Shown piece by piece: positions 39,321-48,420 of a stretch of DNA of 64,000 nt. A program made the position numbers and the translations under genes. Position 1 is the first letter of the stretch. Each line of letters begins with the position of its first letter. The DNA is from Archaeoglobus sp. JdFR-27 (GTDB taxonomy: Archaea > Halobacteriota > Archaeoglobi > Archaeoglobales > Archaeoglobaceae). Where the stretch lies: assembly GCA_002011235.1 (NCBI GenBank), contig MTMO01000044.1, positions 15,025 through 79,024 of the forward strand, written 5' to 3'. The notes below the pieces were generated by a model. That model saw only the letters and a program-made list of their open reading frames with translations. It searched no databases and was not told the origin of the DNA.

Positions 39321-39740
39321 CTATGAACCCTTCCTGAGATTCGAGGCTCTCTCCTTTATAAAGTTAATAATCATCTCGAGAGGAGTTCCTGGGCCAAAGA
39401 TTCCTGAAAAGCCGAGTTTTTGGAGTTTCTCAACATCATCCTTTGGGATTATCCCACCAATGAGCAGGATAACATCTTTATTCGGCTCTAAACCTCTCTT
39501 TCTGAGTTCCTCAACTATGGCGGGTGTGAGCTCAAGATGAGCCCCGCTTAAAATGCTCAGCCCTATCACATCAACGTCTTCTTGCAACGCGGTTTCAGCA
39601 ATCTCTGATGGTGACCTTCGTATGCCTGTGTAGATCACCTCAAAGCCAGCATCCCTCAATGCCCTTGCAACAACCTTCGCTCCACGATCATGCCCATCTA
39701 ACCCGGGCTTTGCCACAAGAACCCTGATTTTTCTCTCCAT
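39321..39740 (-). CDS. Methylmalonyl-CoA mutase cobalamin-binding small subunit
   Basis: '[10 protein letters not shown]' (DxHxxG), 'GLSILSGAH', 'GGIIP', 'FGPGT'. Confidence 0.95.
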   Translation of the reverse strand: MERKIRVLVAKPGLDGHDRGAKVVARALRDAGFEVIYTGIRRSPSEIAETALQEDVDVIGLSILSGAHLELTPAIVEELRKRGLEPNKDVILLIGGIIPKDDVEKLQKLGFSGIFGPGTPLEMIINFIKERASNLRKGS

Positions 39741-39932
39741 ATTCCACCTCCAGAAAAATCATCATCAGCTCTTTTAGAAAGTCCTGAAATTTAAAATAAA
39801 TATCTTTCGAAATCTTGAAATTTTTGAAATTTGGAGAATTGGGTTGGACAAATAAGTTTATTAGGTTAGCGAGACTCTAATTGATTCTATTGCCTCAAAA
39901 TACAGGTTACAAAATCACTAAAATTAAATTTA

Positions 39933-40277
39933 CTAGTCAATCTCCTCATATTTCTTAAGAAACCTTTTATACCATTCAAACTCTTTTTCATTTACAAGGT
40001 GTATCTCGAAGGGTGAGAAAACTCCCACTTCTCTCAAAATCTTACCCCTCAGCTTTGATCTTGCTTCCCCGGACGGCATATTTTCCGACACTACCAATAC
40101 ATCTATATCACTTCTTGGAGTTGCTTTTCCTTCAACAACTGAACCGAAAACTATTGTGGTCACATCCTCCATCTCTCTCTCTGCAACTTCCTTTATTTTT
40201 TTGACATAATCTCGATATCTTCTGAAATACTCTTTTTCTTCCTTTACAATTTCGCTCCAAGCTTCAAAACCCTTCAT
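39933..40277 (-). CDS. Minimal nucleotidyltransferase (MNT) antitoxin
   Basis: 'FGSVVEG.ATPRSDIDVLV' and 'PFEIHLV'. Confidence 0.9.
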   Translation of the reverse strand: MKGFEAWSEIVKEEKEYFRRYRDYVKKIKEVAEREMEDVTTIVFGSVVEGKATPRSDIDVLVVSENMPSGEARSKLRGKILREVGVFSPFEIHLVNEKEFEWYKRFLKKYEEID

Positions 40278-40303
40278 GTCCGACCATTAATTTTTTTAAG
40301 AGG

Positions 40304-40693
40304 CTACTGAATTGAATCAACGAATTTTTTCAAGCTTTCAGCAATTTCCCTCATATTCTCAACTTCTTTTCTTTCAAATTCCACCGGAATGTATCTGGAG
40401 GTTATGTATGCATTTTCTAAATTGGAGATTCTATCTATGTTTTCCTCAATGAACTTTGCAACTTTTTCCTCGCTCGAAGTCAGCTTGGCAAGCTCCCTGA
40501 GCAATCTCTTTATCGAGTGAGTTTTTGGATATTCACCTGAGATTTCTACCAATTTGTATTTCAAATAAAGTTCTGAAAATTGTTGAAAGTTAAATGCAGC
40601 CAGATCTAACACATCTTTTTCCAACAGCTCGATGCCATTTTCCAAAAATCTTAGAGCTCTCTTTTTTAAGATTTCAATTTCTTCAAATGTCAC
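40304..40693 (-). CDS. HEPN domain protein
   Basis: 'LAAFNFQQFSELYLK', 'PKTHSI..LL', 'YITSRY'; directly upstream of the MNT gene. Confidence 0.9.
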   Translation of the reverse strand: MTFEEIEILKKRALRFLENGIELLEKDVLDLAAFNFQQFSELYLKYKLVEISGEYPKTHSIKRLLRELAKLTSSEEKVAKFIEENIDRISNLENAYITSRYIPVEFERKEVENMREIAESLKKFVDSIQ

Positions 40694-40810
40694 ACCATTT
40701 AATAGTATTGGAAGAATTTAATCTTTCTGTTCGACATCTTAGAACAAACAAATCAAACCAATAGAATAATTTTTTAATCTCCTCTTTTAAATTCTCAGCT
40801 GGTGTGAAAG

Positions 40811-42256
40811 GTGGATGTGGCAAGAAAAGTTGCGAGAAATGCATTATATAACTCTTCTGCTTTGGTAGTAGGTAACATTTCGGGTTTATCCCTAACCATC
40901 ATCCTTGCTAGGATACTCAAACCAGAAAATTTCGGGATATACAGTTTGGTCTTATCAGTTGCAATGTTGGCGATTGCCTTTTCCAATCTTGGTATAGATG
41001 GTGCGGTTATTAGATACACGGCCTACTACATTGGAAAAAACGATTTAAAAAAGGTAAGGGGACACCTATATTATTTTTTTAAAATCAAGTTTTTTTTGGC
41101 GTTAATTATAGCAGCAATACTGATTACCTCTGCAAAAGAACTTGCCTCGGTTTTTAGGGATGAAAGACTTGCCATCCCCTTTATGATTGCTGGGGGGATC
41201 GTTTTTTTTGCCTCTCTTGCTAACTTTTTTAAATCATTTTTTATTGGTTTGCAGGAGTTCAGATACTATTTTCTTAAACAAAGCATTTATGAGTTATTCA
41301 GATGGGTTTTCGGCTTACCTCTTGCTTTTGTATTTCTTGCATCAGGAGCTCTTGCTGGTTATTCCATTGCACATCTTATAGCCTTTCTTTTTCTCTCTTT
41401 TATCGTTTTTTCAAGGTATGAGAAATTAATCAGGGGGGAGAGAAGTGAACCAGATCGATCAAGCAGGAAATTCATAGGTTTTATGACGATAGCTAGTGTA
41501 TCAGGTATAACCTATACATACATTGATAGTGTGATGATAGGATATCTTTTAAACTCCACTGAAGTAGGGTTTTATAGAGCTTCCTATACGATTATTTTTG
41601 CTATAGTAGGCCTAATCTCATCTCTCAGCATGGTTTTATTCCCAACTTTTACGCAGATGTCGAATCGAGACATTATGCTCGCTCTGAAGAGATTAAACAA
41701 GTATGTCTCAATTATCGCATTTCCAGCTGCAGCAGGCCTCTTCTTTCTCTCAGAAGAGCTCATAAGGATTGTTTATGGGATAGATTATCTAAATGCAATT
41801 CCAGCGATGATTGTTCTCTCTTTTGCTTTAATTCCAGGTGCTTTTAATTATCTCGGAACTATCTTTAACTCGAAGGAAAGGCCAGATGTCTCAGCAGCGG
41901 TTATAACCGTAAGCATGATTCTCAACGTCATGCTCAACTATTTCTTCATTCTCTCCATGGGGATAGTTGGTGCAGCATTAGCTACCGTTATCTCACGGTT
42001 TTTCCTTGTCATTGCAATTGTTTTACTTTTATGGAAGACTTTTGGAATTAAAACGGATTTTTTTGTAACGGTTAAGCCTATATTCTCATCTTTAGTGATG
42101 CTGGGTTTTCTAGTATTACTTCCAAAACCGGAATCACTTGCCATTGGTATTATCGAAGTGATTTCGGCTATTCTACTCTATTTTGGTCTGCTATTTCTCA
42201 CCAAAGGGTTAACCAGAGAGGATCTTAGGTACTTTAAGGATATAATAAAAATTTAG
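40811..42256 (+). CDS. Wzx-type oligosaccharide flippase (MOP superfamily)
   Basis: About 12-14 hydrophobic segments; 'ARILKPENFGIY', 'DSVMIG......EVGFY', 'LFPTF', 'GIVGAALAT'. Confidence 0.92.
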   Translation: MDVARKVARNALYNSSALVVGNISGLSLTIILARILKPENFGIYSLVLSVAMLAIAFSNLGIDGAVIRYTAYYIGKNDLKKVRGHLYYFFKIKFFLALIIAAILITSAKELASVFRDERLAIPFMIAGGIVFFASLANFFKSFFIGLQEFRYYFLKQSIYELFRWVFGLPLAFVFLASGALAGYSIAHLIAFLFLSFIVFSRYEKLIRGERSEPDRSSRKFIGFMTIASVSGITYTYIDSVMIGYLLNSTEVGFYRASYTIIFAIVGLISSLSMVLFPTFTQMSNRDIMLALKRLNKYVSIIAFPAAAGLFFLSEELIRIVYGIDYLNAIPAMIVLSFALIPGAFNYLGTIFNSKERPDVSAAVITVSMILNVMLNYFFILSMGIVGAALATVISRFFLVIAIVLLLWKTFGIKTDFFVTVKPIFSSLVMLGFLVLLPKPESLAIGIIEVISAILLYFGLLFLTKGLTREDLRYFKDIIKI

Positions 42257-42285
42257 GAAAAATCTTAGGAAAAATCGAACTCGTG

Positions 42286-42324
42286 CTTAAAACGTTAAAA
42301 AGTTAAAAAGTTAAAACGTTAAAA
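42286..42324. repeat. Five imperfect 8-bp-period units ([G/C]TTAAAA[A/C]) at the flippase/epimerase convergence
   Basis: Units start at 42286, 42294, 42302, 42310 and 42318; preceded by TTAGGAAAAATC x2 (42253-42276). Confidence 0.85.
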
Positions 42325-43251
42325 CCCAAAATTTCTACCTTCTAAGGCTTTTAACTTCTCAGCTAAATGCACTATCCCGGATTTAAAATCGAATTCGGGT
42401 TTAAACCCCGCATTGAAAAATTTTGAAGAATCAACACTGTAGCTAAACTCGGGTTTAATTTCTTTGATAAACTCTATATCTATCTTTGGGTTTATGGTCT
42501 CTTTAACTGTCTCAGCAACATCGATTATTCTTAAATTGCTCTCTGCAGCGTTATAGATCTCTCCCTTCTCTCCATACTCGATGAGGTGTAAAAATGCTCT
42601 TGATGCATCATGGACATGAATGAAAGGCCTCCAATTCCTTCCGTCTCCAAAAACTGCAAGTTTGTAGCCGAGCATGGCTCTCAGAATGAAATAGTTCACT
42701 ACAAGATTGAACCTGACCCCGGGACTGAAGCCGTAAACAGAAGCTAATCTTAAGATCTTTATATCCATGCCGTATTTTTCTGCATACTCAATACATGCTT
42801 TCTCTGCCTTGAGTTTCGATTCTGCATAGGGATTTAAGGGTTTAGTGGGACTGTCCTCTTTGAGATTCTCGCCAACTCCATAAACATTGCAAGTAGAGGC
42901 GAAGATTAGACTTGCATCCTTTCTTCTAACTTCCTCGAGAACGTTTAGAGTACCACAATAGTTTATATCATCGACAACCTTTGCAACTTCCTCTACCTTG
43001 TCAAGAAGTCCAGGAGTAGTTGGTAATTTTGCAGCAAGATGGATAACGACATCCACATCTTTAAAAGCGACTTTTAAATCCTCTTTGTTTCTTATATCTC
43101 CCCAGAAAAAGTCAATTTGATTCAAATAAAGTAGATTCAGGGGATTCGATCCTGACAGATTATCCATTATTCTGAACTCTTTTCCTTTTTTCAGGAGAAT
43201 TTTGGCGATTTCTGTTCCGATATATCCATTACCACCTGTTATGAGTATCAT
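42319..43251 (-). CDS. NAD-dependent epimerase/dehydratase (extended SDR)
   Basis: 'TGGNGYIG', 'STCNVYG', 'YAESK', 'GDGRNWRPFIHV'. Confidence 0.93.
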   Translation of the reverse strand: MILITGGNGYIGTEIAKILLKKGKEFRIMDNLSGSNPLNLLYLNQIDFFWGDIRNKEDLKVAFKDVDVVIHLAAKLPTTPGLLDKVEEVAKVVDDINYCGTLNVLEEVRRKDASLIFASTCNVYGVGENLKEDSPTKPLNPYAESKLKAEKACIEYAEKYGMDIKILRLASVYGFSPGVRFNLVVNYFILRAMLGYKLAVFGDGRNWRPFIHVHDASRAFLHLIEYGEKGEIYNAAESNLRIIDVAETVKETINPKIDIEFIKEIKPEFSYSVDSSKFFNAGFKPEFDFKSGIVHLAEKLKALEGRNFGF

Positions 43252-43296
43252 TCTATCCCTTTTAGATTATCGAGATCTAACCAAAATTTCTAGATT

Positions 43297-44274
43297 TTAA
43301 ATCTCCTTCTGGAATTCTCCGTAGCCCTTATTCATTATCAACTCTATATCGTTAAACGTCTTTTCTATTCCTTTCTCCAGATTGTATTTACTTTCAAAGC
43401 CCAGTGATCTTAGTTTGGATATATCATAACCAAACGTTCTTTCCTTGGATTCTCGTGGCTTCTCAAAATCGATGTTAACGTTTATTCCCTTCTTTTTAGC
43501 TATCTTCAATACTACTTCTGCCACCTCTTTCACACTCGCAACGTATCCGCTTCCGGCATTGAAAACTTCACCCTTTGCTTGTGGCTTTATTATGAATTTG
43601 TAAATCTCAATGACATCATCGATGTGTATGAAATCCCTTTTCTGCTCACCACTACCATGAATGACCAAGTTTTCATTACTCAATGCTCTTTTAATAAAAT
43701 TCGTCACCGCTGTTCTCCATTTCGGATATGTGCCAACTCCGTAGATGTTCGTGAACCTTAAAATAATTGTACCCAACCCATGGGAGTTGTAATAAGCTTT
43801 GCAAAGAGCTTCACAACTTGCTTTCATCGCGCCGTATTTGTTTAAAGGGTTTAAAGGCAAATTTTCTGTTGCCAGTACTTCATCGATTTCCCCATATACA
43901 GCTGCGCTTGATGGATAGATGAAGTATTCAACTTCTCTCCTTGCAGCATGCTCCAGCAGATTCAGAGTCCCTTCTACATTTATTTTGAGAGCCATCTCTG
44001 GGTATTTGTTGCACGCTGCTATACCGGAAATAGCTGCTAAATGGTAAACTATTTCTACATCCTTTAAGAAGTCCTTTACTCCCTTATCACAGATATCTCC
44101 ATATTCAAGAGTTACTCTGCTATCTTTTCGGATTAAATCATAGTTCTCTTTTTTACCAACAGCAAAGTTGTCGATTCCAACGATTTCATAATCGGCAAAC
44201 TTCTCGTCTTGCAGAAGAGAGTTTATTAAATGCCCTCCGACGTATCCAGCCGCTCCCGTTACTAAGATTCTCAA
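43297..44274 (-). CDS. NAD-dependent epimerase/dehydratase (UDP-sugar 4-epimerase-like)
   Basis: 'TGAAGYVG', 'SSAAVYG', 'YGAMK', 'GSGEQKRDFIHI'. Confidence 0.93.
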   Translation of the reverse strand: MRILVTGAAGYVGGHLINSLLQDEKFADYEIVGIDNFAVGKKENYDLIRKDSRVTLEYGDICDKGVKDFLKDVEIVYHLAAISGIAACNKYPEMALKINVEGTLNLLEHAARREVEYFIYPSSAAVYGEIDEVLATENLPLNPLNKYGAMKASCEALCKAYYNSHGLGTIILRFTNIYGVGTYPKWRTAVTNFIKRALSNENLVIHGSGEQKRDFIHIDDVIEIYKFIIKPQAKGEVFNAGSGYVASVKEVAEVVLKIAKKKGINVNIDFEKPRESKERTFGYDISKLRSLGFESKYNLEKGIEKTFNDIELIMNKGYGEFQKEI

Positions 44275-44302
44275 GTTATCACCTTTTTATCACCTTAAAA
44301 AA

Positions 44303-45460
44303 TCACTTTTTGATGAATACGTCTCGGAATGAATTGATTGTCTCGGCGTACTTACTAAGCTTGTCTACAATCTCATTCAGCGTTTCTGCCATCCTTTCAT
44401 GCTTTGGCCTTCCCAAAACCTTCATGAACTTTGAATTATCGAATTTGTATTCAGCTTCTTCTTTCTCTTTTCTGGGGTTTGGAATGAAATCTATTCCAGG
44501 ACTTTTACCAAGGATCTCCTCAGCAGCATTGTTTAGCTCTTTTGCAAGATCTTTTATTCTCACATATTCAACGAGCTGGTTGTAAACTCTATATTCTCCA
44601 TCGTTTCCCTCCCTGATTATGTTGATAAAGCTTTGACAAGCATCCTCAAGGCTTATGAATGGTTTTATCTGATTTCCAGACCCATATACCGTTAAAGGAT
44701 GATCTGCAATTATCATCGCCACCCATCTATTGAAGAGCGTGCCGAAGTAAAAATCGATGTCAAAGCGAGTTGCAAGTTTTTCATCCATCATCGTTTCCTC
44801 TGTATCTGTTCCGTAAACTATGCTCGTCCTCACATCGGTGCATGGCATACCGGTTTGCATGTTGGCAAGCCACATGTTCACAGCATCAAAGCCCTTGGTG
44901 ACATGATAGAAGCTGGATGCGATGTTTGGGAATGGCAAAATATCTTTATTCCCTTCTTTATCCGAAACCTCAATAAAACCCTCAGGTATCTGAAGGTTTG
45001 GCGCGCCATAAATGCCAGTTGTGGTAGTTTCAATGAAGTATGTGTTTGTCAAACCCTCCTCCCTTAAAGCCCATAGGAGATTCAAAGTCCCAAGAATATT
45101 GTTTTCTTGGGTGTAGTAGGCTTTATCGAGGTTTATCTGAGAATAAGGGGCTGAGGGTTGTGCTGCCAAATGTAAAACAACTTCAGGCTCTGTAATCCTG
45201 ATGATAGTTCTAACAAATTCTTTATCAACCAGATTGCCTTTTATGAATCTGATATTTTTGAATCCAAGTTTATGTGCTTTTTTTATCCTCGCTTCCATCT
45301 CAGCAATTGGAATCATGCTAGCTGAACCAATTTCTTCAACCCATTTACGCCTGGCAAGGTTATCAATCCCTATGATTTGATCATCTGGGAATTCCTTTGA
45401 CAGCTTAAGCATTAATGGCCAGCCTATATATCCATCACAGCCCGTAAGGAGTATCGTCAT
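44303..45460 (-). CDS. UDP-sulfoquinovose synthase-like (SqdB/SQD1/Agl3)
   Basis: 'GCDGYIGWP', 'DNLARRKW', 'HLAAQPSAPYS', 'YHVTK', 'TRFDIDFYFGTLFNR', 'HPLTVYGSG'; ATG 45460 with GGTGA RBS. Confidence 0.82.
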   Translation of the reverse strand: MTILLTGCDGYIGWPLMLKLSKEFPDDQIIGIDNLARRKWVEEIGSASMIPIAEMEARIKKAHKLGFKNIRFIKGNLVDKEFVRTIIRITEPEVVLHLAAQPSAPYSQINLDKAYYTQENNILGTLNLLWALREEGLTNTYFIETTTTGIYGAPNLQIPEGFIEVSDKEGNKDILPFPNIASSFYHVTKGFDAVNMWLANMQTGMPCTDVRTSIVYGTDTEETMMDEKLATRFDIDFYFGTLFNRWVAMIIADHPLTVYGSGNQIKPFISLEDACQSFINIIREGNDGEYRVYNQLVEYVRIKDLAKELNNAAEEILGKSPGIDFIPNPRKEKEEAEYKFDNSKFMKVLGRPKHERMAETLNEIVDKLSKYAETINSFRDVFIKK

Positions 45461-45520
45461 TTTATCACCACTCAAAGTGGTAACTTAAATTATTTATAGT
45501 TTTTTAAAATAGGTAGTAAC

Positions 45521-46342
45521 ATGATTGAAAAGTTATTTTTAGAATATGGAATGACAGGATATCAGATCAAAGCTCTATTAACTCTCATCAAGCACGGTGA
45601 GGCAAAAGCGTCGGATATTAGCGAGTTAAGTGGAATTCCAAAGGCAAAGGTTTATTCAGTACTGGATCAGCTTGTTAATTTCGGTTTAATCGGGAAGATA
45701 CCTGGGAGACCAATAAGATATAGGGCAAAACCACCTGAAGAAATCGTTGAGAGATTAAAATATAATCTGATGGCAGAATATTCGAACAAGCTGAAGACGA
45801 TCGAAGAAGTGGAAGAACAGCTAGTAAACAATCTTAAGTACCTTTATGCCTCAACTGGAATAAGTTACAAAGATCTGATAAGGATAATAAGTGTTGGTGA
45901 AGCCTCAGAAAGGGAAACGAAGCTTCTATATCAGGAAGCAAGGAAAGAGATTAATATAGTATCAAAAAGCTTTGAATACTATCCTAAAGTTAGAAAAGAG
46001 ATTATTGAAGCGTCTAATAGGGGTGTTAAAATAAAAGTATTGCTTTTGGGAGAGAGATTTTTGAATGAAATGAGTAAAAGTGTTCAGAGAGAAATTCTAA
46101 AACTTCTGAGGAACGAAACGAATGCTGAGATAAAATTGAGTAAAACGATTCTCCCTTTGAGAGGGACCATAATCGATCCAAGTTACGAGTATAAAACAGG
46201 AAAAGCCATTTTTGTTGTTGAGGACCCTAAAACTCCACTATACTTAAGGGATGCTGCGATAACGGAAAATCCAAGTTTGGTTGCTGGGATGAAGAAGTAT
46301 TTTGATCTGATTTGGGAGTATGAATCAGAAATGTTTGTCTAA
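45521..46342 (+). CDS. TrmB family transcriptional regulator
   Basis: wHTH 'ASDISELSGIPKAKVYSVL..L...GLI', 'RPIRYRAKPP'; effector domain 'GVKIKVLL'. Confidence 0.92.
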   Translation: MIEKLFLEYGMTGYQIKALLTLIKHGEAKASDISELSGIPKAKVYSVLDQLVNFGLIGKIPGRPIRYRAKPPEEIVERLKYNLMAEYSNKLKTIEEVEEQLVNNLKYLYASTGISYKDLIRIISVGEASERETKLLYQEARKEINIVSKSFEYYPKVRKEIIEASNRGVKIKVLLLGERFLNEMSKSVQREILKLLRNETNAEIKLSKTILPLRGTIIDPSYEYKTGKAIFVVEDPKTPLYLRDAAITENPSLVAGMKKYFDLIWEYESEMFV

Positions 46343-46523
46343 CCTAACTCTTTTTGATTTTTTGATAAAAAGATTGACTTCTAGCCTTAAAACTTACATA
46401 TCTTTGTTGAGTGGGAAGTATTCTCTGAAAGGAGTTCCTGACAAACTAAAGTTACAGCCGATAACTTTGCGGTTTATACTAACAATAGCTAGCTATTTAA
46501 ATTTCAAAATATAAACAAGATCT

Positions 46524-47639
46524 ATGTTCAATTGTTTAAAGCATAGGAGGGTAATTAATACCATAACAATTTTATTTGCATCGCTTATCTTAGCAACCCT
46601 TTTCTCTATGTTGAGATCAATAAGATTTTTAAGTCATCATAACTTGAACGTTCTTGTAGAACACTTTGGATATGGGTTAAAAGCCTTCATATCCTTCTTC
46701 TTTCTATCTTTTATTCTTTTGGCTATGTTGTTTGGAATTTATAAGAGAGTTAACCCCAAGATTTTTATCGTATTTATAGTAGCTTTTTCTGGTTTATCTT
46801 TTATTTTAGCTTGCAATTATCCTTCAACACTTGGTGAACTTGTACCAAAACCTCAACCTGAAATTAGCAAAAACAAAATAATAATAATATTTACATTTGA
46901 CACCGAGGAAGACTGGATTCGAGGTAAATATAGGCTTAACTCCTATAAATATATAGATTCAGGTGCATTCTATCAATTGGTCGATGGTTTGTATAGAAAC
47001 AACATAAGTGCTACTTTTTACGTTACGCCAAATTTAGCTAGAGATAATCCGAACCTCTTAAAGTACTTAGAAAGCAGAAATCAGACAATAGGCGCTCACT
47101 TACACATTCATCAGATCATAGATGCCACATATCCTTATCCTGAGGGTCTTAAAGAGGACGTGATTACAGCCTATAACATGTCAACGGAATTAAAATTTTT
47201 AAAAATTGCTAAAGAACAAATAGAAAATAGTCTAAATCACGGAGTATATATCTATAGATCAGGAAGACTTGCATGTGATTATGAAACTGAGAAGGCTGTA
47301 AGGCTGGTGGGTTTTAAAGCTATTTCAAATCACAGAGGAACCTATTATATAGCTCCAATAGGTATTTGGAATTTGGATATTGAAGGACCAGATTTATTTG
47401 GTTCAAAATATTCTTTAGAAGATTACATAAGTATTTTCAAAAAGCGCTTGGAGAGGGGCGAAAGGATAATTACGTTTACGGCCCATCCGATGGAGCTTTA
47501 CAATTATACAACAAATAATATAGAAGAGAGTAAAATTAAAACATTTTTCGAATTTGTAAGCTACCTGAAATCTCAGAAAAATATAAAAATTATAAATCAA
47601 TACAGATTACTACAATTACTTGAGAAAAATAAAAAATGA
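46524..47639 (+). CDS. Membrane-anchored polysaccharide deacetylase (NodB-like)
   Basis: N-terminal TM segments; 'TFDTEED', 'ATFYV', 'HLHIH', 'YRSG', 'HPME'. Confidence 0.7.
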   Translation: MFNCLKHRRVINTITILFASLILATLFSMLRSIRFLSHHNLNVLVEHFGYGLKAFISFFFLSFILLAMLFGIYKRVNPKIFIVFIVAFSGLSFILACNYPSTLGELVPKPQPEISKNKIIIIFTFDTEEDWIRGKYRLNSYKYIDSGAFYQLVDGLYRNNISATFYVTPNLARDNPNLLKYLESRNQTIGAHLHIHQIIDATYPYPEGLKEDVITAYNMSTELKFLKIAKEQIENSLNHGVYIYRSGRLACDYETEKAVRLVGFKAISNHRGTYYIAPIGIWNLDIEGPDLFGSKYSLEDYISIFKKRLERGERIITFTAHPMELYNYTTNNIEESKIKTFFEFVSYLKSQKNIKIINQYRLLQLLEKNKK

Positions 47640-48326
47640 TTATATCTTTTCACCTTTCCATATTAATAATTTACACAATCCGGGAAATTTTCGCTCGAGA
47701 AAACTAAAAAATGGGTTAAGTATTCTTATTTTGTGTATCCATTCCTTAGTCGGATAGGGAAAGCCAATAGCGTACAGTTCTTTAAATCCATGTTCTTCAG
47801 TTGCTTTTCTAAGCCATGGTAAAGTCCAAAATCTTATGTGACCTTTTATCCTGTACCACTCCGGTTGATTTCCAAATAACATTATTACTCTATCTTTTAG
47901 ATTAACTCCATTAGGAATCAAGATAATGAGTTTACCACCTGTTTTTAGCACTCTTCTTGATTCGGATAATATAAAATCATAATCAAAAACGTGCTCCAAA
48001 AAAGCTCCCATATATACAACGTCGACCCCTCCATCTTTTATTGGCCATGAGCTCTCAGCATCGCAAAGGATTACATCAAAATAGACTTTTGCTTTATTAG
48101 CAAGTTCTCTATTTATTTCCAACCCTATCACTAAGTTGTCTCTCTTAAATTGCTTAGCTATCACCCCGTTTCCACAGCCAACATCTAATATAACCCCAGG
48201 ATCATCTTCTAACACACTTTTAACAGAATGAAACACTCTATCTTTTGCCCCAATACTTTTTATGTCAGCCAACTCTCTGAAATCAGGAGTATATTCTTTG
48301 GAAGTATAATATTTTTGTATTCGCAT
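47640..48326 (-). CDS. Class I SAM-dependent methyltransferase
   Basis: 'ILDVGCGNG', 'GLEIN', 'LEHV', 'RVLKTGG', 'HIRFWT'; start either 48326 or 48374. Confidence 0.88.
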   Translation of the reverse strand: MRIQKYYTSKEYTPDFRELADIKSIGAKDRVFHSVKSVLEDDPGVILDVGCGNGVIAKQFKRDNLVIGLEINRELANKAKVYFDVILCDAESSWPIKDGGVDVVYMGAFLEHVFDYDFILSESRRVLKTGGKLIILIPNGVNLKDRVIMLFGNQPEWYRIKGHIRFWTLPWLRKATEEHGFKELYAIGFPYPTKEWIHKIRILNPFFSFLERKFPGLCKLLIWKGEKI

Positions 48327-48420
48327 GTTTTTGACTTCTCGTTTAGAATTTTTAAAGTTGTTGCATTTTCTCATCCAAAAGCATTAAATTTTTATTTATC
48401 TGTTAAGAACTAAAAAAAGT

